DNA of 64,000 nucleotides from the NCBI RefSeq assembly GCF_006345805.1, contig NC_043019.1:23869360-23933359 (forward strand), in the 5' to 3' direction. Below the pieces are notes generated by a model, which worked only from the letters and a program-made list of their open reading frames with translations, had not been told where the DNA came from and ran no database searches. Source of the DNA: Octopus sinensis. Lineage: Eukaryota. Made by a program: the position numbers and the translations under genes. Below are positions 23,075 through 35,946 of the stretch, one piece after another (positions within the stretch are counted from its first letter, which is position 1; each line of letters opens with the position of its first letter).

Positions 23075-26000
23075 AACACACACACGCACGCACATGCAAG
23101 TGTGTGTATGTGTATAACACCTCTCTTAACATGGAATGGATGGTAGCCTGGTTAAGCCACCAATAAAGAATATTTATCCTCCCCCAATGCAGTGTTGAGC
23201 ACTCATTTTCACTGTTTGCTATTTGTATGTGTGTACATATAAATATATATGTAGATATAGGTACATACTTTATTTGTGGATTAATAAAGCAACCAATGGT
23301 TTCATGTGGAAAAGATATCTACAGTTATTCAAATGATCCACATCGGAATGTTGGTCCTTGTATTTATTTTGAACGATGATAATTATATAAAATTATATAA
23401 AATTTCAAAAGAAATGCACGGCTCAAGGGAGGTAACTTATAAAAATATCTTAATTGTTATCTCCCTTGCCTTCGCCATCATCACAATCATCATCATTTAA
23501 CAGTCGCTTTCGGTGCTGGCATGGGTTGGACGGCTTGACCAGAGCTGGCAAGTGGGAGAGCAGTACCAGGTTGCAGCCTGATTTGGCCTGGTTTCTACAG
23601 CTGGATACCCTTTCCACTTTACAGAGGGTGCTGGGTGCCTTTTATGTGGATTGGTACAATGGCTCTTCAAGACAAAAACCTCTTCAGCTGGGAGGGGTGC
23701 ATTCATAATTCTCTTGGTGGGTGGTCTTCTTGAGTACAACAAGGCACCAGCTATCTTGGTCTCTGTGTGTGTGTGTGTGTGTGTGCGTGTGCGTGCGTGT
23801 GTGTATAAATATGGTCTTTTGGTTTTTAGGTTATATTTTTGCCATGTAAAAGAGCATCTCTGTCATGGATATAATTTTCTAATTTTCTTTCGTTTTATTT
23901 TTCAGGCCGATTTCTTGATCCCCCCAAAAGATAGATGTGTGATTTGAGAATATATATGCAATCTGAAAGCACCAGCAAAGGAGCAAACAAAAAACCTATT
24001 ATATGCTCAACTGAAAGCTCTTTGATGTCATTTAAAAACTCACGAAAAATACTCTGTTTGTCACTTATACTCATTGATCACTCCCCAACATTTATTTAAC
24101 ACATTAATCAACATTAACAGCTATTTTCAAATCATGGAAAGCAACTAACAACTACCTCTGGCAGTATATATATATAATATATATATGAACCTGGAACTAA
24201 CCGTTTCTTATTTTAATAATAATAATAATAATAACAAAACAGTATTTCTACACTTTCACACATACACACACACACACACACACAGAAAAAAAAAAAAAAA
24301 AAAAAGAAAATCATTGCCTGTTTAGGGAGTTGGTTTCATTGTTGCTACTATTTTTCATGACTCATTTCTTAATTCACACATTTGACGACAAAATTAATAA
24401 TTATTTACAAATAGACTGTTTTTTATACTTTTCATAATTTTCTGAGGAATATTAATATTGATATTGTTGTTGATGTTGTTGTTGTTGTTGTTATTATTAC
24501 CCACTACACTCACGGAGTGGTTGGCGTTAGGAAGGGCATCCAGCTGTAGAAACATTGCCAGATAAGACTGGAGCCTGGTGCAGCCTTCTGGCTTCCCAGA
24601 TCCCCGGTTGAACCGTCCAACCCATGCTAGCATGGAGAACGGACGTTAAACGATGATGATGATGATGATCTGGCGGGACTGTTAGCATACTGAACAAAAT
24701 GAACATTTTGTTCATCTTTACATTCTAAGTTCAAATTCCTCTGGAGGGATTCATTTTGCTTTTCATCCTTTTAGGGTCGCTGAAGTCAATATCAGTTGAG
24801 GACTGATGCTGTTGTAATCAACTCGCTAACCTCTTCCAAAATTTCAGGCCTTGTGCCTAGAGTACAAAGAAATGTTGTTAGTATTACATGATAGCAGGAA
24901 TGTTGCCTTCAGGTTTCATGACAACAAATCTCCTGAAATCTCGAGATCCTTTCTTAGGATTCCTGCCAAATACAAGATGGCACTTTTTTGTGGGCCGGCA
25001 AAGTGAGTCTCTTAATTCTGTGGTCTGCAAGAATTGTAAGCAAGGTTCTTGAGATTTGATGTGATTTGTCATTTTTATTATAAATTGACTGATAAGTTGT
25101 CTGACAATTTGGAGTTTTAATTAAAGTTTTAGTTAAAGAAACTCTAGGTATAATAATAGATATATCAAGAGTTGATATTTTCCCCACATAAACGTGATTG
25201 TTTTGTTAGAATAAATTATACTTGGTAAATATGAAGAACTTTCATATTGGCTTTTGGTACGAAACAAATGCTGGCTTCTATCGCTAGTGAGGAGATCAAT
25301 TCCCACCACCTCCAGCACTGAGGACACCAGATCCCATGATTTCAACCTTCCTTGATCTTGTCATTGATGGACATTCTACTACAATGAATTTCTAGCTGAG
25401 GAGCAAATAATAATAATAATCATAGTCCAATAATAGTCCAACCCATGCTAGCATGGAAAACGGATGCTAAACGATGATAATGATGATGATGCTTGTTGTT
25501 GTTACAATTGTGCAAATGTTAAGAAAACAACGATTAGCTTTTTCTCATTTCCTTACCTAATCATTTGTCTTTGGAGAAAGAAAAGAAAACAACGGAGTGT
25601 AGCTGTGTCACCAATGTTTAGTAATAAATAAGGTGGTGAAAATCTGGGAATACACACAAACACATTTGCACACGCATGTCTATATATATGCATGGGTTTT
25701 ATATACATACACACGCACACACGCACACACGCACACACGCATATATATATACATATATTTATGTTTGTGTGTGTATGTGTGTGTGTATATATATATATGC
25801 ATATATATCTCTATATATGTGTGTATATATACGTGTTTGTATATATGTATATCTCTTATTACAAAAGGCAGATTTTATCTGCCTCCCTTTGTAACTTATA
25901 GAAATCTACAATATAGGATTTCTTCAATTACAATTTACCTAGCATTTTTAAGAGTAGAATTCATCGGGTCATGCCAGGTCCAGTTTTTAAAATTTAAACT

Positions 26001-27081
26001 CCAATTAAGCAAAATTTACAGAAAACTCACATTCTGGTGTGTATGTCAAATGCTTTTCTTAATGTAGTTTACACCACACGCACACGCACATACAGTGTGC
26101 AACGAATAAAATGAAAGTAAATAGCGACAGAGTGATTTGAGGAAGACTAAACTGAAAGTATTTAAACCACTACTCAAAAAATAAAAAACACAGCAAACAG
26201 AAACAAATAAATACATAACGATTTACTCCTCACACAATTTCTTCAATTAGAGTGTACCCATGATTTTTCAGAGTACTTCAGTGGGTGATGCCATAAAAAA
26301 TTTCTTTCAATTTTACCACCAATTAAGACAAAATTCGAGAAAACTCAATATTTTAACATATCACTCCCAAAGCATTGATGTACATGTGTGCGTGCGTGAG
26401 TGTGTGTGTGTGTCATTCCTCACACACACGCATACACATACATATATGAGAGTGGCAAACACAAACGTTTCAAACAACTACATACAAACACGTGTGTGTT
26501 TGTTATTAGTAAAAAAGGCGCCAAAACACAACTCACTTATCATTCCAACACATTTGCAAAGACACACGGACGGTGGAATTGCTATAACAATACAGAAAAG
26601 GTAAATTGGTTTTTATTTTACTCTGTATATATTTTATTATATAATATTATATATAGATAATATAATTGCAGTATGAAACAGTGTTTATGTATAAACAGAC
26701 GACACTTATATATAGTTATTATAATAAGAGATTAATAAATGTATGCATCCGTTTAACCCTTTCGTTACCAAACCGCCCGAATTTACCTATTCATATTTAA
26801 ATGAGAATATCAGAGCAAATCTCTTTAGTACATTCGTGAAAACACGTATTATACTTCGTAAACACTTCAACTACAGTTTTGTACAAAAATCGAAGTGTAA
26901 TTTTAATTCCGTGAATTATGGGAGATTTTTTTCCGAAATTTGTTCCTATTGTCTTTTCAAAATTTGTAATTCTGACAAAAAATGGATACGAATTTCATTA
27001 TATCAAGCAGCGAGTCAGAATTCGAAGGATTTTCTACTGAAGACCTCATAAATCTAACTCTATGACTGAAAAAAAAAAGCA

Positions 27082-27477
27082 TCTTTATATAAGAGTGAAG
27101 TTGTGTGTCTGTCTCCTACGATTTAGATTCCTAACTACTCCCACATTTTGCGGTGCAGTTTAACCAAAAGCGGGTATCTTATAGTCGTGATTCATATCGA
27201 GCCCTTCTGGGTATTAGCGCGCGTCTACGATGAGTCTACGATTTAAAAAAAATTTACCATCATATTTTTCCATTTTAATGCATTTTTTTCACTTTTATAT
27301 AAGGGAAGTAACTCTCTAAAAATATCTACGATGTGTCAACGATTTAAAAAAAAATTTGCCTTAATTTTTTTTCAATTTTTAATGCATTTTTTTGCTATTT
27401 TTTGGCTATAACTCTCTAAAAATGCTTATATAGTTATTTCCCTTACAAACCCGAGCAACGCCGGGCGATACTGCTAG
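27082..27477 (+). mobile_element. Non-autonomous Helitron
   Basis: A|TC 5' end, subterminal hairpin CCCG-agcaacgc-CGGG, CTAG|T 3' end, no TSD. Confidence 0.8.
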
Positions 27478-27487
27478 TATATATATA

Positions 27488-27654
27488 AAGTTAATCCAAA
27501 CAAGAAAGCACAAACAAACACAACAACGCGAGGACGTGGAACAAATATAGTATTATTGGACGCTCAGGAAAGAAGGGAAGAAGGAGGGTTTAACGTTTCG
27601 AGTGGAGCTCTTCGTCGGAAACATAGGAGAAGGAAAGATCCAGAGAAGGGAAGA
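27488..27654 (-). mobile_element. Penelope-like element terminal fragment (second copy)
   Basis: Homologous to 10398-10570. Confidence 0.55.
27588..27622 (-). ncRNA. Minimal type I hammerhead ribozyme motif, decayed
   Basis: GUUU-CCGACGA-A-GAGC-UCC-ACUC-GAA-ACGU-U-AAAC; U4C core change and one stem II mismatch. Confidence 0.55.
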
Positions 27655-29994
27655 TATATATATATATATATCTGTGTGTATATGTATCATCATCATCACC
27701 GTATGAAGGAAGTATTTGATATAAACAACCTCCAAAACTTTTAATGTTGTTATTTGGAATTTTCCCGAATAATTACATAAATCAGTGGAATGCTATTAGC
27801 GTATTGAAAGTAATCGTGTGCTGTTATGTACAACATAACGCAGGGGAAATAATTCACTTCTGAGTTGCTTCCCTTGTATTGTTTGGGTTGAAGGATGTGG
27901 ATATGTCCAAAAGCTGGTGGCCTTCTACATAGTAAGGCTTTAAGCGTTATAGAGCCAGAGTACGCCATCCCCCGAGTGGGTTTGTTGGACTTATGTGCTC
28001 TAGAACTAAAGCAGTTGGTAATGAACGCGACTGCGCGAAAATACTGGATGAATATACGGTGACAGGAAAGTGGCTGAAGGTTCTTTCAACACTTATTTCA
28101 GGTGTTGGGGGATGTTGACTTGAACAGTTTCAAGAGAAGTTTTTTGGAGGACATAATACCAACAATGATAATAATGCGTACCTAATGCGTACACATATAT
28201 ATACATACATACATACACATATATTATACCCATGCCTGCATGGAATACAGTCGTTAAAGGATTATAAATATAAACCCATATACTATATGCATATATAGAT
28301 ACATTTATAATTATTTATTAACACTTATTTATATTGTACAATACAAACAAGAAGATATTTTTGTGAATGCAGAATTGCCGTTAGGACAGCAGAAATAGTT
28401 GGTAAATTACCCTTAAAAGGTGGAAAAATTTGTCAATAAACAGCAAAGGGACTCAAACTCACAGCCTCCAAGACTCTGGCTGAGTGCTTTACCATTAAGC
28501 TGAACTGACTACTGATAAATTTATCCCCTGATTTAGACACTAAATAGCTAATAGAACAGTTATGTGTATATAAATATAAACATACATTTGTTTTTATTAG
28601 AACTGTCAAATATACACACATAGTTGTTCATTAAGCCATTTAGCATCTAAATGAAAATGTCATGAATAGTGTAAAAGAGAATTTTTAAAATAACGACACT
28701 GTGCATCCAGTTTGCCTTCACCTTTTTTTTATAATGGCATCAAGATTCTTGTTAGGGGAATAACAGACATTGATTTTGACTGAAACAACATAGACATAAA
28801 TGTTTCTTTGGCAGGAATCCAACATGGGATGAGGTGATGAAGCATGACCTTCGAATGTTGGGCCTCACAGAGGCAGTGACTGAGACCTCTGGAGATATGC
28901 TGTGATTGAGAAGACCTGACAAAGAAAGTGAGATTACAGCCGTAGTTTACATCAGTGTCGCATAAGCAGCCCGCTTAAAAAGTACCTTTGAATCGTCGGG
29001 CGACATTCCGTACTGGGGAAGACATATTGAGTCAAGTAAATCAAAATCAAATCAAATCACAATCAAATGGAAATTGTAGTTGTGACCTATGCCAGTGCTG
29101 GTGGCACGCAATGAGCACCATTCATGCGTGTGTCGCTGCCAGAGCCGCCTGACTGGCTCCCTGTATCGGTGGTACGTAAAAGGCACCATCTGAACGTGGT
29201 CGATGCCAATCCCACCGACCCGCTCTTTCTCGGGTCAATGCTGTGCCAGGCTGAGTTAAAACTTGTCCTTCCTGTATTCTTTTCTTCTGGAGGAGGAGGA
29301 CATTTATTTGACTAAAACTTTCGATGCGCTGCCCCAGCATGGCCGCAGTCTAGTGAATGAAACAATATATTTCTATAGGAAAGGATAAAAGGTAAAATCG
29401 ACTTCGGCGGAATTTTAACATAAAGACTGACGAAATATCGAATTCTTGTCATAAAGTCTACACTAGTCACATCCTTACACGTGCCAACTACGCTTTATAT
29501 AGTCCACATAAGACTGGAAACGTCTAGAAACATTGACGAGATGGCTTGGTTGAACCTCGGCATAAGCAACACGTCATGGCAGAACAATAGTTAGCATGCC
29601 GGACAGAATGCTCGGCAGCGTCTTTTCCGGCTTTACTTTCTGAGTTAAAATTACACCAAGGTCGACATTGACTTCCGTCCTTTCGGGTTCAATAAAATAA
29701 GTACCAGTTGAGCACTGGGGGTCGCTGTAATCGACTTAATCCTCACACTCCGAAATTGCTGGGCTTGTGCCAAAATTCGAAACGTGTGCGAAAGCGAAAG
29801 CAGGATATTGTAATCACTCATCTTTGTCTGTGTGTTTGTAAAATTACTGGAAAAACGGCAGAAATACTCATTGTCTTAAAAAAATATTTTCTTGATAAGC
29901 AAATGGTCATATTATTTGGCTCACTTGCTTTTTTATATGAACCGACCCACCTCTGCGTGTGTATAGGACATGATGTACCTATGCGCGTAGACAC

Positions 29995-30205
29995 GGGTGG
30001 GTACATACATAATATATACATGCATATATACATACATGCATATATGCATACATGCATATATACATACATATATGCATACATAATACATACATGCATACAT
30101 GCATATATACATACATAATACATACGTGCATACATGCAAATATACATACATGCATACATAATACATACATGCATATATACATACATGCATACATACATAT
30201 ATACA
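29995..30205. repeat. (TACA/TGCA)n compound microsatellite
   Basis: Direct reading. Confidence 0.9.
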
Positions 30206-30403
30206 CTCGAAACGACAAGTCGCGGGAGACTATTTATCGAAAACACGATGAATACTATCTCCAATTTTGGAGCCACAACTATCAGCCTTGTTAAATAACT
30301 GGTTAATCTTCAGATGAATTAACTCAGGGAGCCTTTTATCCACGATCGTAGTGATTTTCGACTGAAACTTGAATTTAGCATTTAGAGAGTTACTACAAAC
30401 AAC

Positions 30404-31085
30404 ATGTCTGGACACAACATCAACAACAAGGGTAATCCCGAGGACAAAGAAATAAGAACCCACAATATGGTAGAAGCCATAGCCACTCATAATAAAAAGG
30501 AATACTGGTGGAATGTACCAGTGAAGACCTCAATAAAATGTAAGCATAACATGCCTGATATAATGATTGGGGATGGAGAAGAGAAACTGTGCACAATTGT
30601 GGAAATTAGCTGCCGAGCGGATGTTAATATGAAGCTGAAGATCAGTAAAAAAGAGAACACCTACGCTGAATTATTGAGAAATCTCCAGTTACTCTATCTA
30701 GATTACAAGTTCAGGTTTATATCTGTAATTATTGGGGTCCTGGGATATGTAACACACTGCCTAAATACCAATCTCTAGAAAGGAGAAAGCTAATTCGAAG
30801 ACTACAGATCCACTTCGTCACTGGAACAGTAAAAAATCTGTAAATTATTTGCGAAGTTCAAGGAATTCTCTTTTACTTATGGAGATGTACTTGCATAGCA
30901 AGTGATTTGATCTGAGATCGTGTGCTGGAACGAAAACAATTGCAGCGTGGAAGGTGTTTGTAAGCCATTTAAGAAACACACAAAAGCCGTTCGATTCACT
31001 TCAACATTTAGGTTTAATTTGTCAAAATATTTTCGTCGCTTTAAGACCGCGACCTGTTCACTGACAATAATCCGTGCTGCATCTA
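30404..31085 (+). mobile_element. Non-LTR retrotransposon 3' end with restriction-like endonuclease plus 3'UTR
   Basis: EYWWNVPVKT...PDI...IVEISC..D.N...K...Y..L...L...Y...F...IIGVLG is a PD-(D/E)xK REL motif; the same 3'UTR recurs at 48335-48542 and 49975-50082(-). Confidence 0.75.
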
Positions 31086-31226
31086 CACGGATTTTTGTCA
31101 GTGAACAAGTCGCGGTCTTATAGCGACGAAAATATTTTGACAAATTAAACCTAAATGTTGAAGTGAATCGAACGGCTTTTGTGTGTTTCTTAAATGGCTT
31201 ACAAACACCTCCCACGCTGCAATTGT
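30936..31226. repeat. Palindrome, 141-bp arms, 9-nt loop
   Basis: 30936-31076 vs 31086-31226, four mismatches counted. Confidence 0.95.
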
Positions 31227-31926
31227 CTTTTACTTATTCCAACCAAGAATGCCTTTGGCCTTTCATAACACGAGGATTTTTGCTTCTTAATTAATCTCTG
31301 GTTCCAGTAGTAACAAGCCCATGTCATAGCCTTAGTTTTTATTACAGGGGCTGAACGTTCAAGGTAACCAAGGTAACCAACGATTATTGCAATACATTTC
31401 ATTAAAAATGTAAGATTAAGAGAACATTAAATGACATGAACAGTGGCAGAAGACCAGAAATTTGGGGTAAGAAGATAATATCGATCCCGGTACTTGACGG
31501 GAGAAGGAAAAGTTAAGGTGACACAACGGGATTTGAATTCTTTATGTGATAGTTGCGCAAGATCGCTGATTTGGTATCCTGATATGTATACAGAACTCGC
31601 AAAGGAAGTCTCGTGCAACCACGTGAAAATCATAACAAGAAGACGCTACTAGGAACGGTACAGCGTGGTTCTCGAAAAGCGAGCTGTGCAACTTGCAGTT
31701 ACGAATATTCAATATTTATCCTATAAGAGTGAAACGCAATACATGGCAACGAGGAGGACAGCCGGAAAACGTTTAAACTTGAACAACTTGGAAGAAGCTA
31801 ATGTCTGGCTGATACAGTTCCAAGCAAAAATTGAATACGATGACGTTGAACGTGTCAACGCCATCTTTCTGCCATAATGAAGTTAAAAGATGTTCTTTTC
31901 CCGGTAAGCCTTCAGAATGCAATATA

Positions 31927-32159
31927 TCTATTTGTTTACTACCCACAAGGGGCTAAACACAGAAGGGACAAACAAGGACAGACAAAGGGATTAAGTCGAT
32001 TACATCGACCCCAGTGAGTAACTGGTACTTAATTTATCGACCCCGAAAGGTTGAAAGGCAAAGTCCACCTCGGCGGAATTTGAACTCAGAACGTAACGGC
32101 AGACGAAATACGGCTACGCATTTCGCCCGGCGTGCTAACGTTTCTGCCAGCTCGCCGCC
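31927..32159 (-). mobile_element. SINE family A, full length, nested in the LTR remnant
   Basis: Complete head to tail; approximate 11-bp TSD AATRCAATATA. Confidence 0.85.
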
Positions 32160-32389
32160 AATACAATATACCAACAAATAACGAACGCGTTGTAACAACT
32201 AATAAAACCGAAGGAGAGTCTGTTAATTGCGGACAAATTAAAATTATTGGAACTGAAGCAACTGGAACATGAGTCAATCAACGTCTTCCGTCTTAGGATT
32301 AATTCTCAAGCTTCCTCCTGTCATTTGAATAGGTTGAAAGAAAATCCAGAGGAAGAAATCATGAAAGTCATTTTCATCGCGGTATTATC

Positions 32390-32610
32390 TGTTTCATTAT
32401 TACCCACAAGGGGCTAAACATAGAGGGGACAGACAAACGGATTAAGTCGATTACATCGACCCCAGTGCGTATCTGGTACTTAATTTATCGACCCCGAAAG
32501 GATGAAAGGCAAAGTCGACCTCGGCGAAATTTGAACTCAGAACGTAACGGCAGACGAAATACGGCTACGCATTTCGCCCGGCGTGCTAACGGTTCTGCCA
32601 GCTCGCCGCC
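32390..32610 (-). mobile_element. SINE family A, full length, with 17-bp TSD
   Basis: Perfect TSD TTCATCGCGGTATTATC at 32373-32389 and 32611-32627. Confidence 0.9.
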
Positions 32611-35524
32611 TTCATCGCGGTATTATCGTGGGCAGGGGTGAAGTTAAAAATTTTGGATCAGTTATGGTGTCATTCTAAAAGGAAATACACTGAAATAGCA
32701 GCTCTTGCATCCAACATAGAATTGGAAACGCTGTTTGCGAGTAGTCGACAAACAATGACAAACTTTAATGTCAACAAGAATATTCCTGGTAGGAGTCGTG
32801 ATGTTGTAGTGAAATGTCGAAATTGTGGACGTACACACAAAGCTCGTGTATGTCCAGTATATGTAATAAATGTGGCAAATTAGAACGCTGCTAGGAACGG
32901 TACAGCGTGGGTCTCGAAAGGTAAGCTGCGTAACTTGCAGTTACGAACATTCAACACTTGTCCTATAAGAGTGAAACACAACACTTTAAATTAAGCCCAA
33001 AACAACCAATAGATATCTATTGTATGTTCTATGATTTTCAGATATTCTTCAGACGGAGTTCGCCCTCAATGCCAAATATGATAAAGAGGTTCACCGAAAG
33101 AAAATGTTTGGAACCCTTGAACAATATTGTATGGTATTTAGTTCTAACTGGATCGAAACCAACTCGCATTTTTCTTTCGCGGATCTCACAAATCAACTAT
33201 TTCTACCGTATATTACACCGTCTTTGTGTTCTTTAAGAGATTAACACAAAAATATAATTTCTAAACTGTTTCTTTTTCTAAAACGTTGACTGCTGGCGTA
33301 TTTGTTATCTTTGTTGATATCTTTCAGAAAATCTCGAACATGTCTGAGAATAATTGTGAGCACGATTCAGACAGAATCTTGTCATGTGTACTTAATCCTA
33401 TCAATAAAGTGAATGGAGATATTTAAATCTTTCTCACACTTTTAGAGAGAAATGTTTGCCTGTAAACCATGTCGAGTTTATACGCTAGCTTTGAGGTTAA
33501 GTCAGGGGCAAGACCAATAGGAAGGACACAGGTTTTCGAAGTGCAAATCTGAGTTAATAATACTTAAGTACATAATGAAATGGGTATGGGGAGGCTAAAG
33601 TGACAATAATGAAAGATATCTCTTATTGAGTTGAGGAATTAAAAGGGACGTTAAAGTAAATGAAGAGGTTTATTTAGATGAATGATATCCATGCTTTAAT
33701 TGTTGCTCAAATATAAGGAAGACAGGTTCGAATGAAGATACATAAAAAAACCTAACAATAATTACTGTAGTAGAGATGATGAAAAAGAAGAAAAATTATA
33801 GAAATATAACGAAAAAATAAAACAAACAAAAGGCGAAAACTTGTGTTGCAAATTCAGAAACTGATACCTTTTACCTTCTGTCTGTTTCAGTCATTAGACT
33901 GTGGCCAAGCTGGAGCACCGATTTGAAGTCGATCCCACGACTTAGTTTTTAAAGTCTGGCGCTGATTCTAAACAAAAGAACCGGTGGACTCAGCTCCAGA
34001 CTTTGCACCAAAAGCCAACATGAGAGTTTCTCTTCTGGTCTGTAGCGCAGTGTCATTTCTTTGAACCGTACATCCACGTTTGAGTGGGGATAAAGATTAC
34101 TTCTTTATGTTCTGAGTTCAGATTCAGCTTTGATCGATTTTGCTTGAAAATATTCGGGAGAGGCCAGTCGATTACATCTACCCCAATACTCGGTTGGTAC
34201 TCATTTCATCGACCCCGAAAAATGAAAGGTAAAAATCAACATCGGCGGAATTTGAACTCAGAACAAAAAGAAGTAATATTTATCCTCACTTAAACTTTCA
34301 TATTCTTTTAGAACAAACTATACTGCGATAGAAACTTTGAGAGAACCTTTCATATTGAATTTTTGTATTACATCGTCCCCAGTATTCAACTGGTACTTAT
34401 TTTATCGACTCGAAAGGATAAAAGGCTAAGTAGACATCGGCAGAATTTGAACACAGAATAGCGTTAATCATTTTGTCCGGCGCGCTAACGATTCTGCCAG
34501 CTCCCTGCCTTATTACAGCAACAACTACGATAATAGTTGTTGTTGTGTTAGGTAACGCGCTGACGAAATCGTCGGTGCGCCGTACAAAACGCTTAGCGAC
34601 ATTTTGCCAATCTTCGTGTTCTGAAAAAATATACATTAGCGAGAGGGGCAGTATTAACACCAAGAGGTGATCTTTATCCGCACTTAAAAGCGGATGTTCT
34701 GTTAGAACAAACCATGCTGCGGTGGATACCATGAGAGAAAGTCTCATGTTCACTTTTGGTGCTGATAAGTATTCACATTGCTTCTTCTTCTGTCACTATT
34801 TGTTTCAAGAAGCTCACAGGCTTAATCGCGACATCAGCGCCTTTTCTGACACTGTTATTCTATCTATTATTCTGGCGGGGAGATGAGTCGCTGCTATCTC
34901 TTACGATCGAGCGTCCATCATTGGCAAGACCAAAGAAGGTTGAAATCACGTGATCTGTTGGTCTCGGTGCTGAAGATGGCGGGGGGGGGGGATTTAGCTC
35001 CTCGTTAGCAATATAAATAAGAGTGCATGTTATACAAAAATCCAATATGAGAGGTTCTCTCAAAGTTTCTATCGCAGTATAGTTTGTTCTAAAAGAATAT
35101 GAAAGTTTCAGTGAGGATAAATATTACTTCTTTTTGTTCTGAGTTCAAATTCCGCCGATGTTGATTTTATGCTTCCACAACCTCCAGTCTTTCCGCTTTT
35201 GAGTACGACATCTTGCTGAAAAGATTAGAGATGATCGCTCAATACAGTCTTACAATCAGCTAATGTGGTGAGGATGCAGTGAAGATAACGGAGTGGACAG
35301 TCGACTATAATACATCGTCTTTGTTCAGCAGTTACAAGCGGCCGAAATATTCAATGACACCTGCAAACGAAAGACCGAGTACTTTTCAGTATGTGCAAAT
35401 TCATTTCTGTGTTTACTCTCTGCTACGGAACTCAGGTTATTATCTCGTGCGCCATCTTGTATATTTAATGTGTAACACAACACCTTGGACATCAAAGCAG
35501 TTGGAGTAAAATAAAACATGAGGT

Positions 35525-35946
35525 GGATCCTTTCGGTTTGAACGGCAGTTTTTACTAGCGATGTCATATGAAATTGTCACCCATAATTATGACCCTAGTA
35601 TCGATCTATTGCATTTCAATCTGTTTTAGGGTTAGGGTTAGGGGTGGAGGGAAGGGTATCTTTTTTTTCTTCACAAATGTAAATAAACCCAATCTGTTTC
35701 TTAAACGAGGGACATATTCATACGGCACAGAATGTTTTTTTACCTCAATAGACGTAATTGATTGGTTGAAATTGCAGAAATTGAAGAAAAAAAACAACAA
35801 CAAATATCTTACAAACTATAGAATTTTCTCAATAAAGCCAAGAGAAAAAGATGTTTTATAAACACATTCTACCAGTATACGAAGTTTAAAATTTTTTAGT
35901 TACCTAGAAATTATGCTAAAAACTGCCGTTCAAACCGAAAAGATCC
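35525..35946. mobile_element. MITE with 30-bp TIRs and 8-bp TSD (Merlin- or hAT-like)
   Basis: TIR GGATC(C/T)TTTCGGTTTGAACGGCAGTTTTTA (29/30); TSD CATGAGGT / CACGAGGT; internal (TTAGGG)3. Confidence 0.75.

Larger units (their letters stand above)
31646..32983 (+). mobile_element. Internally deleted Gypsy-like LTR retrotransposon remnant
   Basis: About 100-bp direct repeats (31646-31743, 32885-32983) both ending CA; PBS-like TGGCAACGAGGA at 31744; gag-like CRNCGRTH...CP / NKCGK zinc knuckle; two nested SINEs. Confidence 0.6.

Noticed and set aside
26753-27080. TTAA-CCCTT piggyBac-like left end
   Set aside because: No matching right TIR plus TTAA found nearby.
28101-28190. Candidate additional plus-strand exon after ttatttcag
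   Set aside because: All frames close quickly, no domain similarity, and it lies beyond the CpG boundary.
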